From the NCBI GenBank assembly GCA_021324465.1, contig JAJPJB010000031.1, positions 5,307-69,306 on the forward strand: a DNA stretch of 64,000 nucleotides, in the 5' to 3' direction. Shown here piece by piece: positions 19,239 to 28,263 of this stretch. The stretch's first letter is position 1. Each line of letters begins with the position of its first letter. Source of the stretch: Hyphomicrobiaceae bacterium. GTDB taxonomy: Bacteria > Pseudomonadota > Alphaproteobacteria > Rhizobiales > Xanthobacteraceae. The notes beneath the pieces were generated by a model. That model saw nothing but the letters and a program-made list of their open reading frames with translations. It had not been told where the DNA came from and searched no databases. The translations under genes were made by a program, and so were the position numbers.

Positions 19239-20204
19239 TTATTCCGCTTTGGCTCCGCTCGCGCGGATGACCTTACCCCAACGTTCGCGCTCCCTGCGGA
19301 GAAAGTCGGCCATCTCGGCGGGTGTGTCGCCCACGACCGCAGCACTCATGCCGGCGAACCGATTGGCCACATCCGGTTCATGGATCGCTTCGGAAACAGC
19401 TGACGCAAGCTTGTCGACGATCTCTGACGGCGTGCCCGCCGGAGCGACCATGCCGAACCAGGTTGACGCCTGAAATCCGGGCAGCACCTCAGACATTGCC
19501 GGTACGTCGGGCAGGAAGCGGTTGCGACTTTCACTACCTACGGCGAGGGCACGCAGCTTTCCCGCCCTGATCTGGCTGATCACGGTGCTGAGCTCGATGA
19601 ACATCATCTGCACTTGACCGCCAAGGAGATCGGTAAGTGCGGGCGTGCTGCCCTTATAGGGGACGTGAACGATCTCAACACCTGCCAGGGATTTGAACAG
19701 TTCGCCGGCGAGATGACCCGTCGTGCCATAGCCCTGTGAGGCATAATTCAGCTGGTTGGGATGCGTCTTTGCGAATTCGATCAACTGTCGGACGTCAGTC
19801 ACCGCCAAATTTGGATTGACGGCAAGCACAAGCGGCACGATCGCCACGAGTGAGATCGGAACGAAGCGGTCGGGATCATAAGCGAGCCTGGAGTACAGAG
19901 TCGCATTCACGACCAGGGGTGCCGGGTAGGAAAAAAGCAGATTGTAGCCGTCGGGTGCGGACTTGCTCGCCTCTTCGGCCCCGATATTGCCGCCGGCACC
20001 ACCGCGATCGTCGACGATCACCGGCTGGCGCCATTTCTCTTGAAGCTTCTCGGCAATGATGCGTGCCAAGGCGTCTGTCGTGGCACCTCCGGGCGACGGC
20101 ACGATGATCTTGATCGGCTTGGCAGGATAGGTCTGCCCGTAGCTGGAAGCCGGAACGCCAAATGCAATCGCAGCCGTTATCAAGACGTGTACGATCGTCT
20201 TCAC
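19239..20204 (-). CDS. Bug/TctC family substrate-binding protein
   Basis: GTG start (comp. 20204) after GGGGAGA RBS gives leader VKTIVHVLITAAIAFGVPASSYG. YPAKPIKIIVPSPGGATTDALARIIAEKL...DDRGGAGGNIGAE. Confidence 0.85.
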   Translation of the reverse strand: MKTIVHVLITAAIAFGVPASSYGQTYPAKPIKIIVPSPGGATTDALARIIAEKLQEKWRQPVIVDDRGGAGGNIGAEEASKSAPDGYNLLFSYPAPLVVNATLYSRLAYDPDRFVPISLVAIVPLVLAVNPNLAVTDVRQLIEFAKTHPNQLNYASQGYGTTGHLAGELFKSLAGVEIVHVPYKGSTPALTDLLGGQVQMMFIELSTVISQIRAGKLRALAVGSESRNRFLPDVPAMSEVLPGFQASTWFGMVAPAGTPSEIVDKLASAVSEAIHEPDVANRFAGMSAAVVGDTPAEMADFLRRERERWGKVIRASGAKAE

Positions 20205-20560
20205 AGGCGCTCTCCCCGTTGATTTTTTGCATGTGTGCTGGGCCGGTTCTCGGGGTCCAACAAGACTGGATGTTATCGCCGGGTGAAAAATTGTCCACGT
20301 TGAAGCAGATGGCAAAGGAGTAGATGGGCAAACGGCAATCGCACCACGCGAGATTCAAGCAACGGTGTGGGTGAATTCGGCATCGCATGACCGAGCGATA
20401 AGCTGAATTTCGGTGTGAGATCCGTACTGGCTGAACATAGGCGGGATAATTCGGGCCTCCGCACGCGGAATCAAATTCCCGCCACGGGGCAGGTCAACCC
20501 CGCCATCATAAAAAATAATTGCGCAAAAGCTTTGCCGTTTTCTGGAATGCCGAACGGCCG

Positions 20561-20947
20561 TTACTTCTTAATGTTGCCGCTGGAGTCGAACTGCCTGACA
20601 TAGGACCAGAGGTCATCGACCTGCTGCTCGTTCTTGATGCCGGGGAAGATCATCTTGGTGCCTGGCACCTTGGCACGGGGATCCTTGATGTACTCCTTAA
20701 AGTTCGTCTCATTCCAGACGATGCCAGAATTCTTGTTGGCGTCGGAATAGGCGAAATTGGGTGCGGTGCCGGCGGGACGGCCGTCGAGCCCGTTCAACTC
20801 GGGGCCAATCTTGTTTTGCGCACCCGGCCCGATCGCGTGGCAAACCATGCACTGGTTGAACAGGCTTTGGCCCTTTTGCACATCTTGGCCGAAAGCCGCT
20901 GCTGTCGAGACTGCAAGCACAACAATAGCAACGATCAGTTCTTCCAT
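20561..20947 (-). CDS. Class I c-type cytochrome (cytochrome c2/c550-like), exported
   Basis: 128 aa. Heme motif CMVCH followed by AIGPGAQNKIGPELNGL, and the GTKMIFPG Met-ligand region. Confidence 0.9.
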   Translation of the reverse strand: MEELIVAIVVLAVSTAAAFGQDVQKGQSLFNQCMVCHAIGPGAQNKIGPELNGLDGRPAGTAPNFAYSDANKNSGIVWNETNFKEYIKDPRAKVPGTKMIFPGIKNEQQVDDLWSYVRQFDSSGNIKK

Positions 20948-21344
20948 GCGCTGTCACTCCGGTGGCTTTAAGAAGCTGCGAAATCGGCCGTCTCGACTAC
21001 ATCGACGACCGGTGCGATGACCGCCTGAGGCCCTCCTTGCACACCCATTGCTTCGAGAGCCTAGGCGCGGCACCCCCCCGATCCGTGCGTTGCGGTGTCG
21101 CGAGGCATTTCGCTCCGCACCGACGGCTGGAAGCTTCTATCATTGGCAGTGAACACATGAAGCGGCCGCTGGACAAGCCAAAAATTTGCCCACAGGGCGA
21201 CTCGCGACGACAAGGGCACTGCCAGAGCCATTGTCGAGTCGGGCTCGATCAGTTTGTGGGTCGTCCTTGCTGCTCGGCAGCCGCAGAAAGAAGCACTTAG
21301 ACCGCAAAAAAATGTGCTGAGCTAAAATCATAACCTTCTGCTGC

Positions 21345-22148
21345 TCATCGCTTTCCGTCCGAAGATGACAAGCCTCTGACCGACGTGAGCACCGCGCTAG
21401 CAAAATTTGCCCCGGCGGTTTTGGCGTCAGAGAGATCCGCTTCAGTGAGGTCGGCGCCGGCGAAATCAGCATCGCTCAAGTCAGCCCCCGAAAAATTGGC
21501 GTGCTGAAGCTTCGCAAATTCAAAATTGGAATGCCCAAGAGCAGCACCGCTGAAATTTGCAGCGTCCAGATTAGCTCGCGAGAAATCGGCGCGGATCAAG
21601 CCCATGGACTGATTGCGCATGTCGGCGCTGGCATGCAAATAAGAGAGATTCGCACCGCGCATGTCGGCGAGGCTCAAGCGGGCCATCACCTTGGCTCCGG
21701 TGAGGTTCGCGCCGACAAAGCTCGCCGCTTCGGCCGGAAGAGTCTCTAGCCCGGTCGAAACGATAAGTGTTTCCAAATCGGCGCCAGAGAGATCGGCATG
21801 AGAAAAATCAGCGCGGATGATCCAGGCCAGATTCAGCCGCGCGTTCGGCAGCCTGGCCCCGACCAGCTTCGCCCCGACGAGCTTGGCGCCGCGGAGGTCG
21901 GCGCCCGACAGATCGGCGCCTGACAGATCGGCGCCCGATAGATCGACGCCTGACAGATCGGCGCCGCTGAAATCGAGATCGGCAAGGTCGAGACCGGCGA
22001 GTGACCGGCCGGCGAAGTTCGCCTTCTCGGCGGCGGGCGCGGCTGAGAGCATCGATTGGACTTCGGCTCGCGTAAGGTCGGCAGCCGAGGCGCGCGATAT
22101 CAGCAGTACCTGCGCAATGATCCATAGCAGCCGCATCAGCAAGCGCAT
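21345..22148 (-). CDS. Exported pentapeptide-repeat protein
   Basis: Signal [22 protein letters not shown], then runs of A(D/N)LSG-type pentapeptides ([42 protein letters not shown]...). Confidence 0.9.
   Translation of the reverse strand: [267 protein letters not shown]
21895..21969. repeat. Five tandem 15-bp near-identical units (AGATCGGCGCC[C/T]GA[C/T]) inside the pentapeptide-repeat gene
   Basis: Read directly. Units at 21895, 21910, 21925, 21940 and 21955, with weaker 15-nt periodicity continuing from about 21861. Confidence 0.8.
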
Positions 22149-22222
22149 GACCGCGCTCCCTTAGGCCGGCGGTCCAACCCGGCAAACACGCTCGTGCAGG
22201 CTGCAGTATAACTCGCCCGCGA

Positions 22223-22261
22223 GGTTAAGCTTAACATTAGTTCGAACGCCAAGGGTTAACC
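22223..22261. promoter_or_regulatory. Cluster of palindromes sharing GTTAAC half-sites (GTTAAGCTTAAC, TTCGAA, GGTTAACC) in divergent promoter region
   Basis: 12-bp perfect palindrome 22224-22235, TTCGAA 22241-22246, 8-bp palindrome 22254-22261. Lies between the pentapeptide gene and the methyltransferase gene. Confidence 0.3.
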
Positions 22262-22339
22262 TGCCGTGATACCTACTTCGCTGATGCCCGTCCGAGGCAG
22301 GGCTCCGCGGTTCCAGGGATCAACGACGAGGAGTCGTCA

Positions 22340-23035
22340 ATGTCGTTCTACCAACACGCCAAGCGGACAAGGCGCGCTTTGACCCATGCGCTTGTGGTCA
22401 ACTACGGGCGATACATGCCGTACAGCCCCACGATCGACCGAATAAATCGGCGCCCGCTCCTGCAAGACTTTGTCGAGAAGCATCACGACGCACCCTCCTT
22501 TGCCACACGCCAGTCTATGTGGTCGTTTATTGTCGACCGTTTGCCCGGGGCCATCGACTATCTCGAATTCGGCGTGCACGAAGGGCACAGCATTCTTTAT
22601 TTTGCCGCCCAGAACAGATCGGCCGACAGCAGATTTTTCGGGTTTGACAGTTTCAGGGGTCTGCCGGAGGATTGGAACAGCGACTTCAAGCGCGGCCACT
22701 TCGATACCGGCGGTCGCATTCCCGAAACGAGCGATGTTCGCATCAAATTCATCGCTGGTTTGTTTCAGGATACCCTTCCGAGATTCCTCTCGGCATTCAA
22801 GCCCGTCAACAGGTTGATTGTAAACATCGACTGCGATCTGTACACGTCGGCGCTCTATTGCCTGACTAAGCTCGATCCGATACTGCCCAAGGGGGCAATT
22901 CTGATATTTGACGAATTCGGCGAGTTGCTGCACGAGTTTCGCGCGGCCAATGACTACCTCTCAAGCTATCGGCGCAACGCCAAAGTAATTTGCTCGCACG
23001 ATAATTTCTACACGGTTGCCGTCGAGCTCCAGTAG
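22340..23035 (+). CDS. TylF/MycF-like class I SAM-dependent methyltransferase
   Basis: FDSFRGLPEDW and NIDCDLYTSALYCL resemble macrocin-O-methyltransferase family motifs. 231 aa. Confidence 0.65.
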   Translation: MSFYQHAKRTRRALTHALVVNYGRYMPYSPTIDRINRRPLLQDFVEKHHDAPSFATRQSMWSFIVDRLPGAIDYLEFGVHEGHSILYFAAQNRSADSRFFGFDSFRGLPEDWNSDFKRGHFDTGGRIPETSDVRIKFIAGLFQDTLPRFLSAFKPVNRLIVNIDCDLYTSALYCLTKLDPILPKGAILIFDEFGELLHEFRAANDYLSSYRRNAKVICSHDNFYTVAVELQ

Positions 23036-23053
23036 CTCCTCTGCCCAGAAGAG

Positions 23054-24070
23054 TTACGACGACAGCGCGGCCAGCGCGGCTGCCGGCGCGCAATAGCAAA
23101 CCGCAGCGCGCATTTGCGGTACGACGTCGAGCAATTCATCGAACTTGACGTATCTACACGCCAATCTTCGCGCAATTTCCTCGATTACCGTCAGACCTAT
23201 GCCTGCGGCAATGATGGGGGGTGCCGGACTGGCTGTATTGTTCGACAACACGAGCGACGCGGCGTCGGCGATGGCGCGGACCTGTGCTTCGGCAAACCAT
23301 CTTGCGACCAGCAGCCAGCTTCGATTGTCAAGATCCGCGGCATCGCATCCGAGCATGCGGGCAAGGCGACCGCGCGAAGCTTCAACGGACTTTTCGCGTC
23401 CATCGGCGGTCGCCATGACGTCCACACCTTTTGGGAGCGACCCGAGGATGCGGTGAACGTCGGCCATCGTGGCGAAATTCTCATTGATCAGCGGCGTCCA
23501 CGTGCCGCGCAAAGGCGCTCGATACGCTGTCGCCATGACGAAGCCCCGTACCAGACCGGAATAGACCAGCTCGCCGGCAGCCAGTCGTTCGGCATCAGTA
23601 TAGCCGCGCGCCGCCACCTGACCGGCTGCAATCGGAACGATGTCGGTCGTGGTCGATCCCATATCGATGAGGAGCGCGTCAGGGCATTTGCGCGCGATCA
23701 GCGTCGCGCAAGCATGCCAATTGGCCGAGGCGATATCGGCAGCGTGCGCTACCGCCTTGTCCGCTTGAACATAGCCCGCCCTACCCGCATAGACCGAAAT
23801 AGCTCCAAGCTCGCTTTTAGCAAGCGCGGTAAGGCGCTCCACGCCTTCCTTGCGGGAGGAAAAAGTATCGGCCAGCTCACCCGTCATTGTGATGACGTTG
23901 TGATCGGCCTGCCCCATGTCCGCTCGGGCCTGCGCAAAGGCGCGTTCCAATGGCTGCATTCCGGCGCGCAGCGGTGATGCATATTGTGCGACTTTGACGA
24001 TACGGCCAATTTCCGCGCGCGCCGCCTTGAGATGAACGCCGCCAATATCCCAGCCGACAACGCTGCTCAT
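23054..24070 (-). CDS. Hydantoinase/oxoprolinase-fold (ASKHA) H4MPT-linked C1 transfer pathway protein
   Basis: MSSVVGWDIGGVHLKAARAE...LIDMGSTTTDIVPI sugar-kinase/Hsp70-type ATPase motifs. This family accompanies H4MPT genes in methylotrophs. Confidence 0.75.
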   Translation of the reverse strand: MSSVVGWDIGGVHLKAARAEIGRIVKVAQYASPLRAGMQPLERAFAQARADMGQADHNVITMTGELADTFSSRKEGVERLTALAKSELGAISVYAGRAGYVQADKAVAHAADIASANWHACATLIARKCPDALLIDMGSTTTDIVPIAAGQVAARGYTDAERLAAGELVYSGLVRGFVMATAYRAPLRGTWTPLINENFATMADVHRILGSLPKGVDVMATADGREKSVEASRGRLARMLGCDAADLDNRSWLLVARWFAEAQVRAIADAASLVLSNNTASPAPPIIAAGIGLTVIEEIARRLACRYVKFDELLDVVPQMRAAVCYCAPAAALAALSS

Positions 24071-24126
24071 ATTGCCTCATGCACAATACTGAAGTAACTC
24101 AACCACGTACCGCGCGGGTTCTGCAC

Positions 24127-24819
24127 ATGGAAGTTATTCCCGTTCTCGATCTCAGAGATGGGGTTGTCGTCCATGCACGAATGGGACACCGCGACCAATA
24201 TCGCCCTATTGAAACGCCGCTATCCTCATCCAGTAAGCCGGCCGACGTCGCTCGTGGTCTGCTGTCGATTCATCCGTTTGAGACCTTCTACGTCGCCGAT
24301 CTCGATGCGATCGAGGGTTCGGGCGACAACAATGACGCGCTGGCGCATCTAAGGGCTGAATTTCCTTCTCTTGCATTTTGGGTCGACAATGGCATTGCCG
24401 ATTTGCATCGCGCACGGCAGTGGCTCGGCGCCAAGCTTGGTTGTCTTGTCCTGGGCAGCGAAACACAGAAAAACGACCGGCTTGTGTACCACTGCCGCGA
24501 CAATGATGACGTTATTCTATCGCTCGATTATCGAGACGACACATTCTTAGGACCAGCCGCCATAGCGGATGCTGTGGATACCTGGCCAAAAAGGGTCATC
24601 GTCATGAGTCTTGCCCGCGTTGGCAGCGCGGCGGGTCCCGATCTGCGCAGATTGGCAGCGATCAAGTCCAAGGCGCGCGAAAAGCAGGTTTACGCCGCCG
24701 GCGGCCTCCGCAACGCCGCCGACGTTGCTGCGCTTGCCGAAATTGGAATGGCCGGCGCACTGGTCGCCACCAGCCTGCACAAGGGCACGCTCACAGGCCC
24801 ACAAATCGCACGCCTGTGA
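24127..24819 (+). CDS. HisA/HisF-related (beta/alpha)8 barrel protein of H4MPT/methylofuran clusters
   Basis: MEVIPVLDLRDGVVVHARMG...FYVADLDAIEG...VYAAGGLRNAADVAALAEIGMAGALVATSLH. Confidence 0.75.
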   Translation: MEVIPVLDLRDGVVVHARMGHRDQYRPIETPLSSSSKPADVARGLLSIHPFETFYVADLDAIEGSGDNNDALAHLRAEFPSLAFWVDNGIADLHRARQWLGAKLGCLVLGSETQKNDRLVYHCRDNDDVILSLDYRDDTFLGPAAIADAVDTWPKRVIVMSLARVGSAAGPDLRRLAAIKSKAREKQVYAAGGLRNAADVAALAEIGMAGALVATSLHKGTLTGPQIARL

Positions 24820-24840
24820 GCGCTGATCATAGCCAACGCG

Positions 24841-25350
24841 CTACGCTGCAGCGAACGGGTGCTTGACTTGGTTGCGCTTGGCGACGACCTCGCCCGCCTT
24901 AGGTTCGCCGCTGACGGCACGCGCGATCGATTCCTTCACGGCACGATAATTGAAGTCTTGGATTTTCTTATCGTCGGCCGCGTCCCAGTGGATGAACACG
25001 CCGACGCAGATGAAGAGGTTGTCGGCTTCGTCCTGCGGGATGACGCCTTCGGCCACACTGTCAGCGACTGCTTTGGCGACGGCGTGCTGAGCGGGGCCGA
25101 ACATCTGGACCGCCTGCTTGGCACCCTTAATAGTGACCTTGTTGAACATAACCGTGGCCGGCTTGGCCATCAAATTCGGCGCCACCACCGCGAGCAGCGA
25201 CGTAAATCCATCCTTATTGTTCGTCAGGCAGTTCGCGAATGCGGTTTCGGCCGCGCTGCCGCGCGGGCCCATAATGAGATCGATGTGAGCAACTTCGTTG
25301 CCGTCACCGACGAGCGATTCACCGACACAGAGTCCATTAATCTTTGCCAT
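24841..25350 (-). CDS. fae: Formaldehyde-activating enzyme
   Basis: [60 protein letters not shown] is near-canonical Fae. ATG at 25350 has 6-nt spacing from GGGAGGAG. Confidence 0.95.
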   Translation of the reverse strand: MAKINGLCVGESLVGDGNEVAHIDLIMGPRGSAAETAFANCLTNNKDGFTSLLAVVAPNLMAKPATVMFNKVTIKGAKQAVQMFGPAQHAVAKAVADSVAEGVIPQDEADNLFICVGVFIHWDAADDKKIQDFNYRAVKESIARAVSGEPKAGEVVAKRNQVKHPFAAA

Positions 25351-25497
25351 CGCCATCTCCTCCCAAGGAAATCATAACGCGCGGAGGCTCAGGCCTCCGT
25401 CGTCCGGGTAACATCTATCCTTGTTGTCAGCGCCCGGCGTGGGTGGACCGGACCGGTTAGCCAGATAGCAGCGGGGCTTCGTCCCCGCTTCGCAAAG

Positions 25498-26361
25498 TCA
25501 ACCACCGTTGCGCAGTGACGGCAAGATGGTTCGCAGCCGATGCGCAAAGAGGGTAGCCACCGTGAGGTCGGCGCTGGTGCCCGGATTGACCCCATCGGAC
25601 TTGAGCGCAGTGTCCCAATCCAAAAGCTCGGGAAGAAGCTGCTCCGGATCCGACGCGTTTCGCAGCAATGCTCGAAATTTCGAGGCCTTTTGCATGACCT
25701 CGGCGGCAGTTCGGATGCCAAGTTTCCGCGAAACATGAGTGTCTGGGAACGCCGACAGGAAGCCCAGATAGGTCTCAAGCGTCGCCCATTTCACGTCACA
25801 GCGGCGTCGCATGGCCGCCTCCAAGCTGGGCAGGCCGATTTCGAACACATCCGCAAAATCGGTCGCGTACTGTCGGGCAATGCGATCGCGATCGGCCGCT
25901 TCAATCATGGCCTGAAGCAGGCTGACCGTCGCCGGCTCGAACACGTCATGGCGGGGGCTGTGCCCAAGCCCGGCGGGGGCGGCGCGGACTATGGCGCGAA
26001 ACGCCAATGCCGCATCGTCCTTATCAAGGTCGTGAAGGATTTCGACCAGAGCCGCCCGGAGATCAAAGCTCGCCGCTTCGGCTGCGGCGGCAAGAGGTGC
26101 GCAGAGCAAGATAATGCCAAGGTTGGTGTTGGCGCCGACGGCTGCGAAGGTCGCTTCGACAGCACCCAAGATACGAACGCCGATGCGTGCCGCGGGCGCG
26201 GACAACGGATTTGCAGCCACAGCGGCGCTGCGGACAAATTGCTCCGCCGACATGCGATGACCCGCCGAAAAGACGTGGACATTGCCGGGCTTGGGCGCAT
26301 CGAGCTCGACGAGGCACGCCCATTCGAAGGCTGCCGGAATCTGCTCGGCATACAAAGTCAA
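25498..26361 (-). CDS. Triphosphoribosyl-dephospho-CoA synthase (CitG/MdcB) family protein of H4MPT cluster
   Basis: ACLVELDAPKPGNVHVFSAGHRMSAEQF...NTNLGIILLCAPLA...NPGTSADLTVATLF. Confidence 0.75.
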   Translation of the reverse strand: MTLYAEQIPAAFEWACLVELDAPKPGNVHVFSAGHRMSAEQFVRSAAVAANPLSAPAARIGVRILGAVEATFAAVGANTNLGIILLCAPLAAAAEAASFDLRAALVEILHDLDKDDAALAFRAIVRAAPAGLGHSPRHDVFEPATVSLLQAMIEAADRDRIARQYATDFADVFEIGLPSLEAAMRRRCDVKWATLETYLGFLSAFPDTHVSRKLGIRTAAEVMQKASKFRALLRNASDPEQLLPELLDWDTALKSDGVNPGTSADLTVATLFAHRLRTILPSLRNGG

Positions 26362-27308
26362 GTTATCGCCCCCTGCCTGGCCCGGGCCGCGAGAGCCGAC
26401 TTGAGCGCATCAACGAAGATACCGGCGATGTTGGCAGAGGTGACTTTCTGCAGTCCCGACCAAGCCGGCATGCTATTGACCTCGAGGACGGTCGGCTGCT
26501 GATCCGCAGTATAAACGATATCAACACCGGCGAAGTCGGCGCCGACCGCCGCTGCAGCACGTACCGCGAGCGCGTTCATCTCGTCGTTGACGACGACGGC
26601 GACCGGACGCCCGCCGCGTTTCACGTTGGTGATCCAATGTGACGAACGCCGCTGCATCGCCGCGATCACCCGGCCCCGCACGACGAGCAGCCTGAAGTCG
26701 TGATAGCCGTCGCGCTCGACACCGACGAATCGCTGAAGATAATAGACACCTGTCCCGTTCCCGTCGCGCGACATGTCGTCGGGTTTGTGAATCAACCGCA
26801 AGCCGCGTCCCTGAGATCCGAACAGCGGTTTCAGGACAAGTCCGCCGGCTCCAGCCTCGCGTTGCACAATCGCGCGAGCATGCTCGAATGACTCCGTCAC
26901 CCAAGTATCCGGAGTCGCGATTCCGGCACGAGCCAGCAGAAAACTGGTCATTGATTTATCGACGCAGCGCTCAATAGCCCGCGCGTCGTTCCAAACAATG
27001 ACGCCGAGTTCGCGCAAGGCATGAAGAATACCCAAACGAAGCGTGACCACTTCGAAGGTCCCGCCTGACATTGTACGCACCACGACGGCATCGGGCAGAC
27101 TTTCGCCAAATCCATCGATGTGGAGTCCGCTGCGAGCCTGCGTGCGAAAGGCGCACAAAGACAAACGAATAGGTGCCGTACCGATGCCTCGCGCGGCGAA
27201 CGCGTCCGCAAGCTGCCGTGCGTGCCAATCCCAGTTGTCGACTACAAGACCGACAATCGGCTGTGGTCTCAGACTTCCGCTGCCGAGCCGTTCAGGCGAA
27301 GGACGCAT
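26358..27308 (-). CDS. RimK-type ATP-grasp alpha-L-glutamate ligase (H4MPT glutamylation type)
   Basis: LVLKPLFGSQGRGLRLI...YYLQRFV...FAGVDIVYTADQQPTVLEVNSMPAW. Start at ATG 27308 (17-nt overlap with mch) preferred over the track start 27371. Confidence 0.8.
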   Translation of the reverse strand: MRPSPERLGSGSLRPQPIVGLVVDNWDWHARQLADAFAARGIGTAPIRLSLCAFRTQARSGLHIDGFGESLPDAVVVRTMSGGTFEVVTLRLGILHALRELGVIVWNDARAIERCVDKSMTSFLLARAGIATPDTWVTESFEHARAIVQREAGAGGLVLKPLFGSQGRGLRLIHKPDDMSRDGNGTGVYYLQRFVGVERDGYHDFRLLVVRGRVIAAMQRRSSHWITNVKRGGRPVAVVVNDEMNALAVRAAAAVGADFAGVDIVYTADQQPTVLEVNSMPAWSGLQKVTSANIAGIFVDALKSALAARARQGAIT

Positions 27309-28263
27309 CAAGCAGGTCCAAATCAAGGTCTCCGGAGTGAAAGCTTTCGCCCGTTTCCAGCGCGGTGACAATGATCTCGGCGGGACTAAATAGCATCGGG
27401 TCTATGGCGTAGAAGTCACCTTTGACTTGTTTGAAAATTTCCGCAAAGGGGCGACCGTAGTCGCGCGATGCCTTGCTGGGAAGGCGCTCCGCCAGCGTTC
27501 GTGCTTCGGCCGCCGGACCGGTCACGAAGAGTTGAACTTGGCCGGCAAAGATGATCGCGTCGTTGGTTCGGCCCATCGCAGTGACAAGATCCGGATGCGG
27601 CGGACAAAGGGGCGCCGCCCCGACGCCTTCGATGATGCGTTCAAGCGGAAAGGCTAGCTCATGCGCCTTGTGGAGAGCGACTTCGAGGGAACGCGCGACG
27701 ATCTGGGTTCCGCCGGCGAGGCTCTGCGTGCGGGCGAAAATGATCGTCAGATCTTCGGCCTTGACCCGACAATCCGCGGCCACTTTGGCCACGACTTTCG
27801 CCGGCGGCGGCCGATCGCCTTCAATGATCAGCGTGGCCGTCGCGGCGTCATCTGCGTAAGACAATGCTTCAAACAGCTTCTCACGTCGGGCGAGCGCGCG
27901 CGCCGGTCCAGAGCCTAGCGCAACAAAAGGCCGCTTCGGTTCATCGTCAGTGAGACGCCAGCCGGCGTATTGGCTGGCGAGGCATGCAACGACCGGGTTA
28001 GAAGATTGCACCACAAGCGTCCATGGCCAGCGCGGCGCCGCCGCCGACGGCACGAGACGAATATTGCCTAGCCCACCCATGCAGATTTCAGCAATGCGAA
28101 GACCCGCCGCGATGCTGCCGAGGCTCTTGCTGCCGGCATCGATTAGCGTTTCGCCGAGTTCGCCCCGCGTAACCCCAATTCGCAACTCGGACGCATCGGC
28201 AATGAGTCGCGCAACGAGTCTAGCCGCGGCCTTATTCACGCTTATCGGCTGAATTGGTGTCAT
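27292..28263 (-). CDS. mch: Methenyltetrahydromethanopterin cyclohydrolase
   Basis: MTPIQPISVNKAAARLVARLIADASELRI...AEICMGGLG...SQYAGW. 323 aa from ATG 28263, which overlaps the upstream stop (ATGA). Confidence 0.9.
   Translation of the reverse strand: MTPIQPISVNKAAARLVARLIADASELRIGVTRGELGETLIDAGSKSLGSIAAGLRIAEICMGGLGNIRLVPSAAAPRWPWTLVVQSSNPVVACLASQYAGWRLTDDEPKRPFVALGSGPARALARREKLFEALSYADDAATATLIIEGDRPPPAKVVAKVAADCRVKAEDLTIIFARTQSLAGGTQIVARSLEVALHKAHELAFPLERIIEGVGAAPLCPPHPDLVTAMGRTNDAIIFAGQVQLFVTGPAAEARTLAERLPSKASRDYGRPFAEIFKQVKGDFYAIDPMLFSPAEIIVTALETGESFHSGDLDLDLLDASFA

Noticed and set aside
20205-20560. Possible small RNA or structured element in the 356-bp intergenic region (inverted repeats GGCGGGA...TCCCGCC and CGGGG...CCCCG followed by an A-rich run)
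   Set aside because: The repeats are imperfect. The region is adequately explained as the cytochrome c terminator plus the Bug-gene promoter. I recognised no conserved RNA motif.
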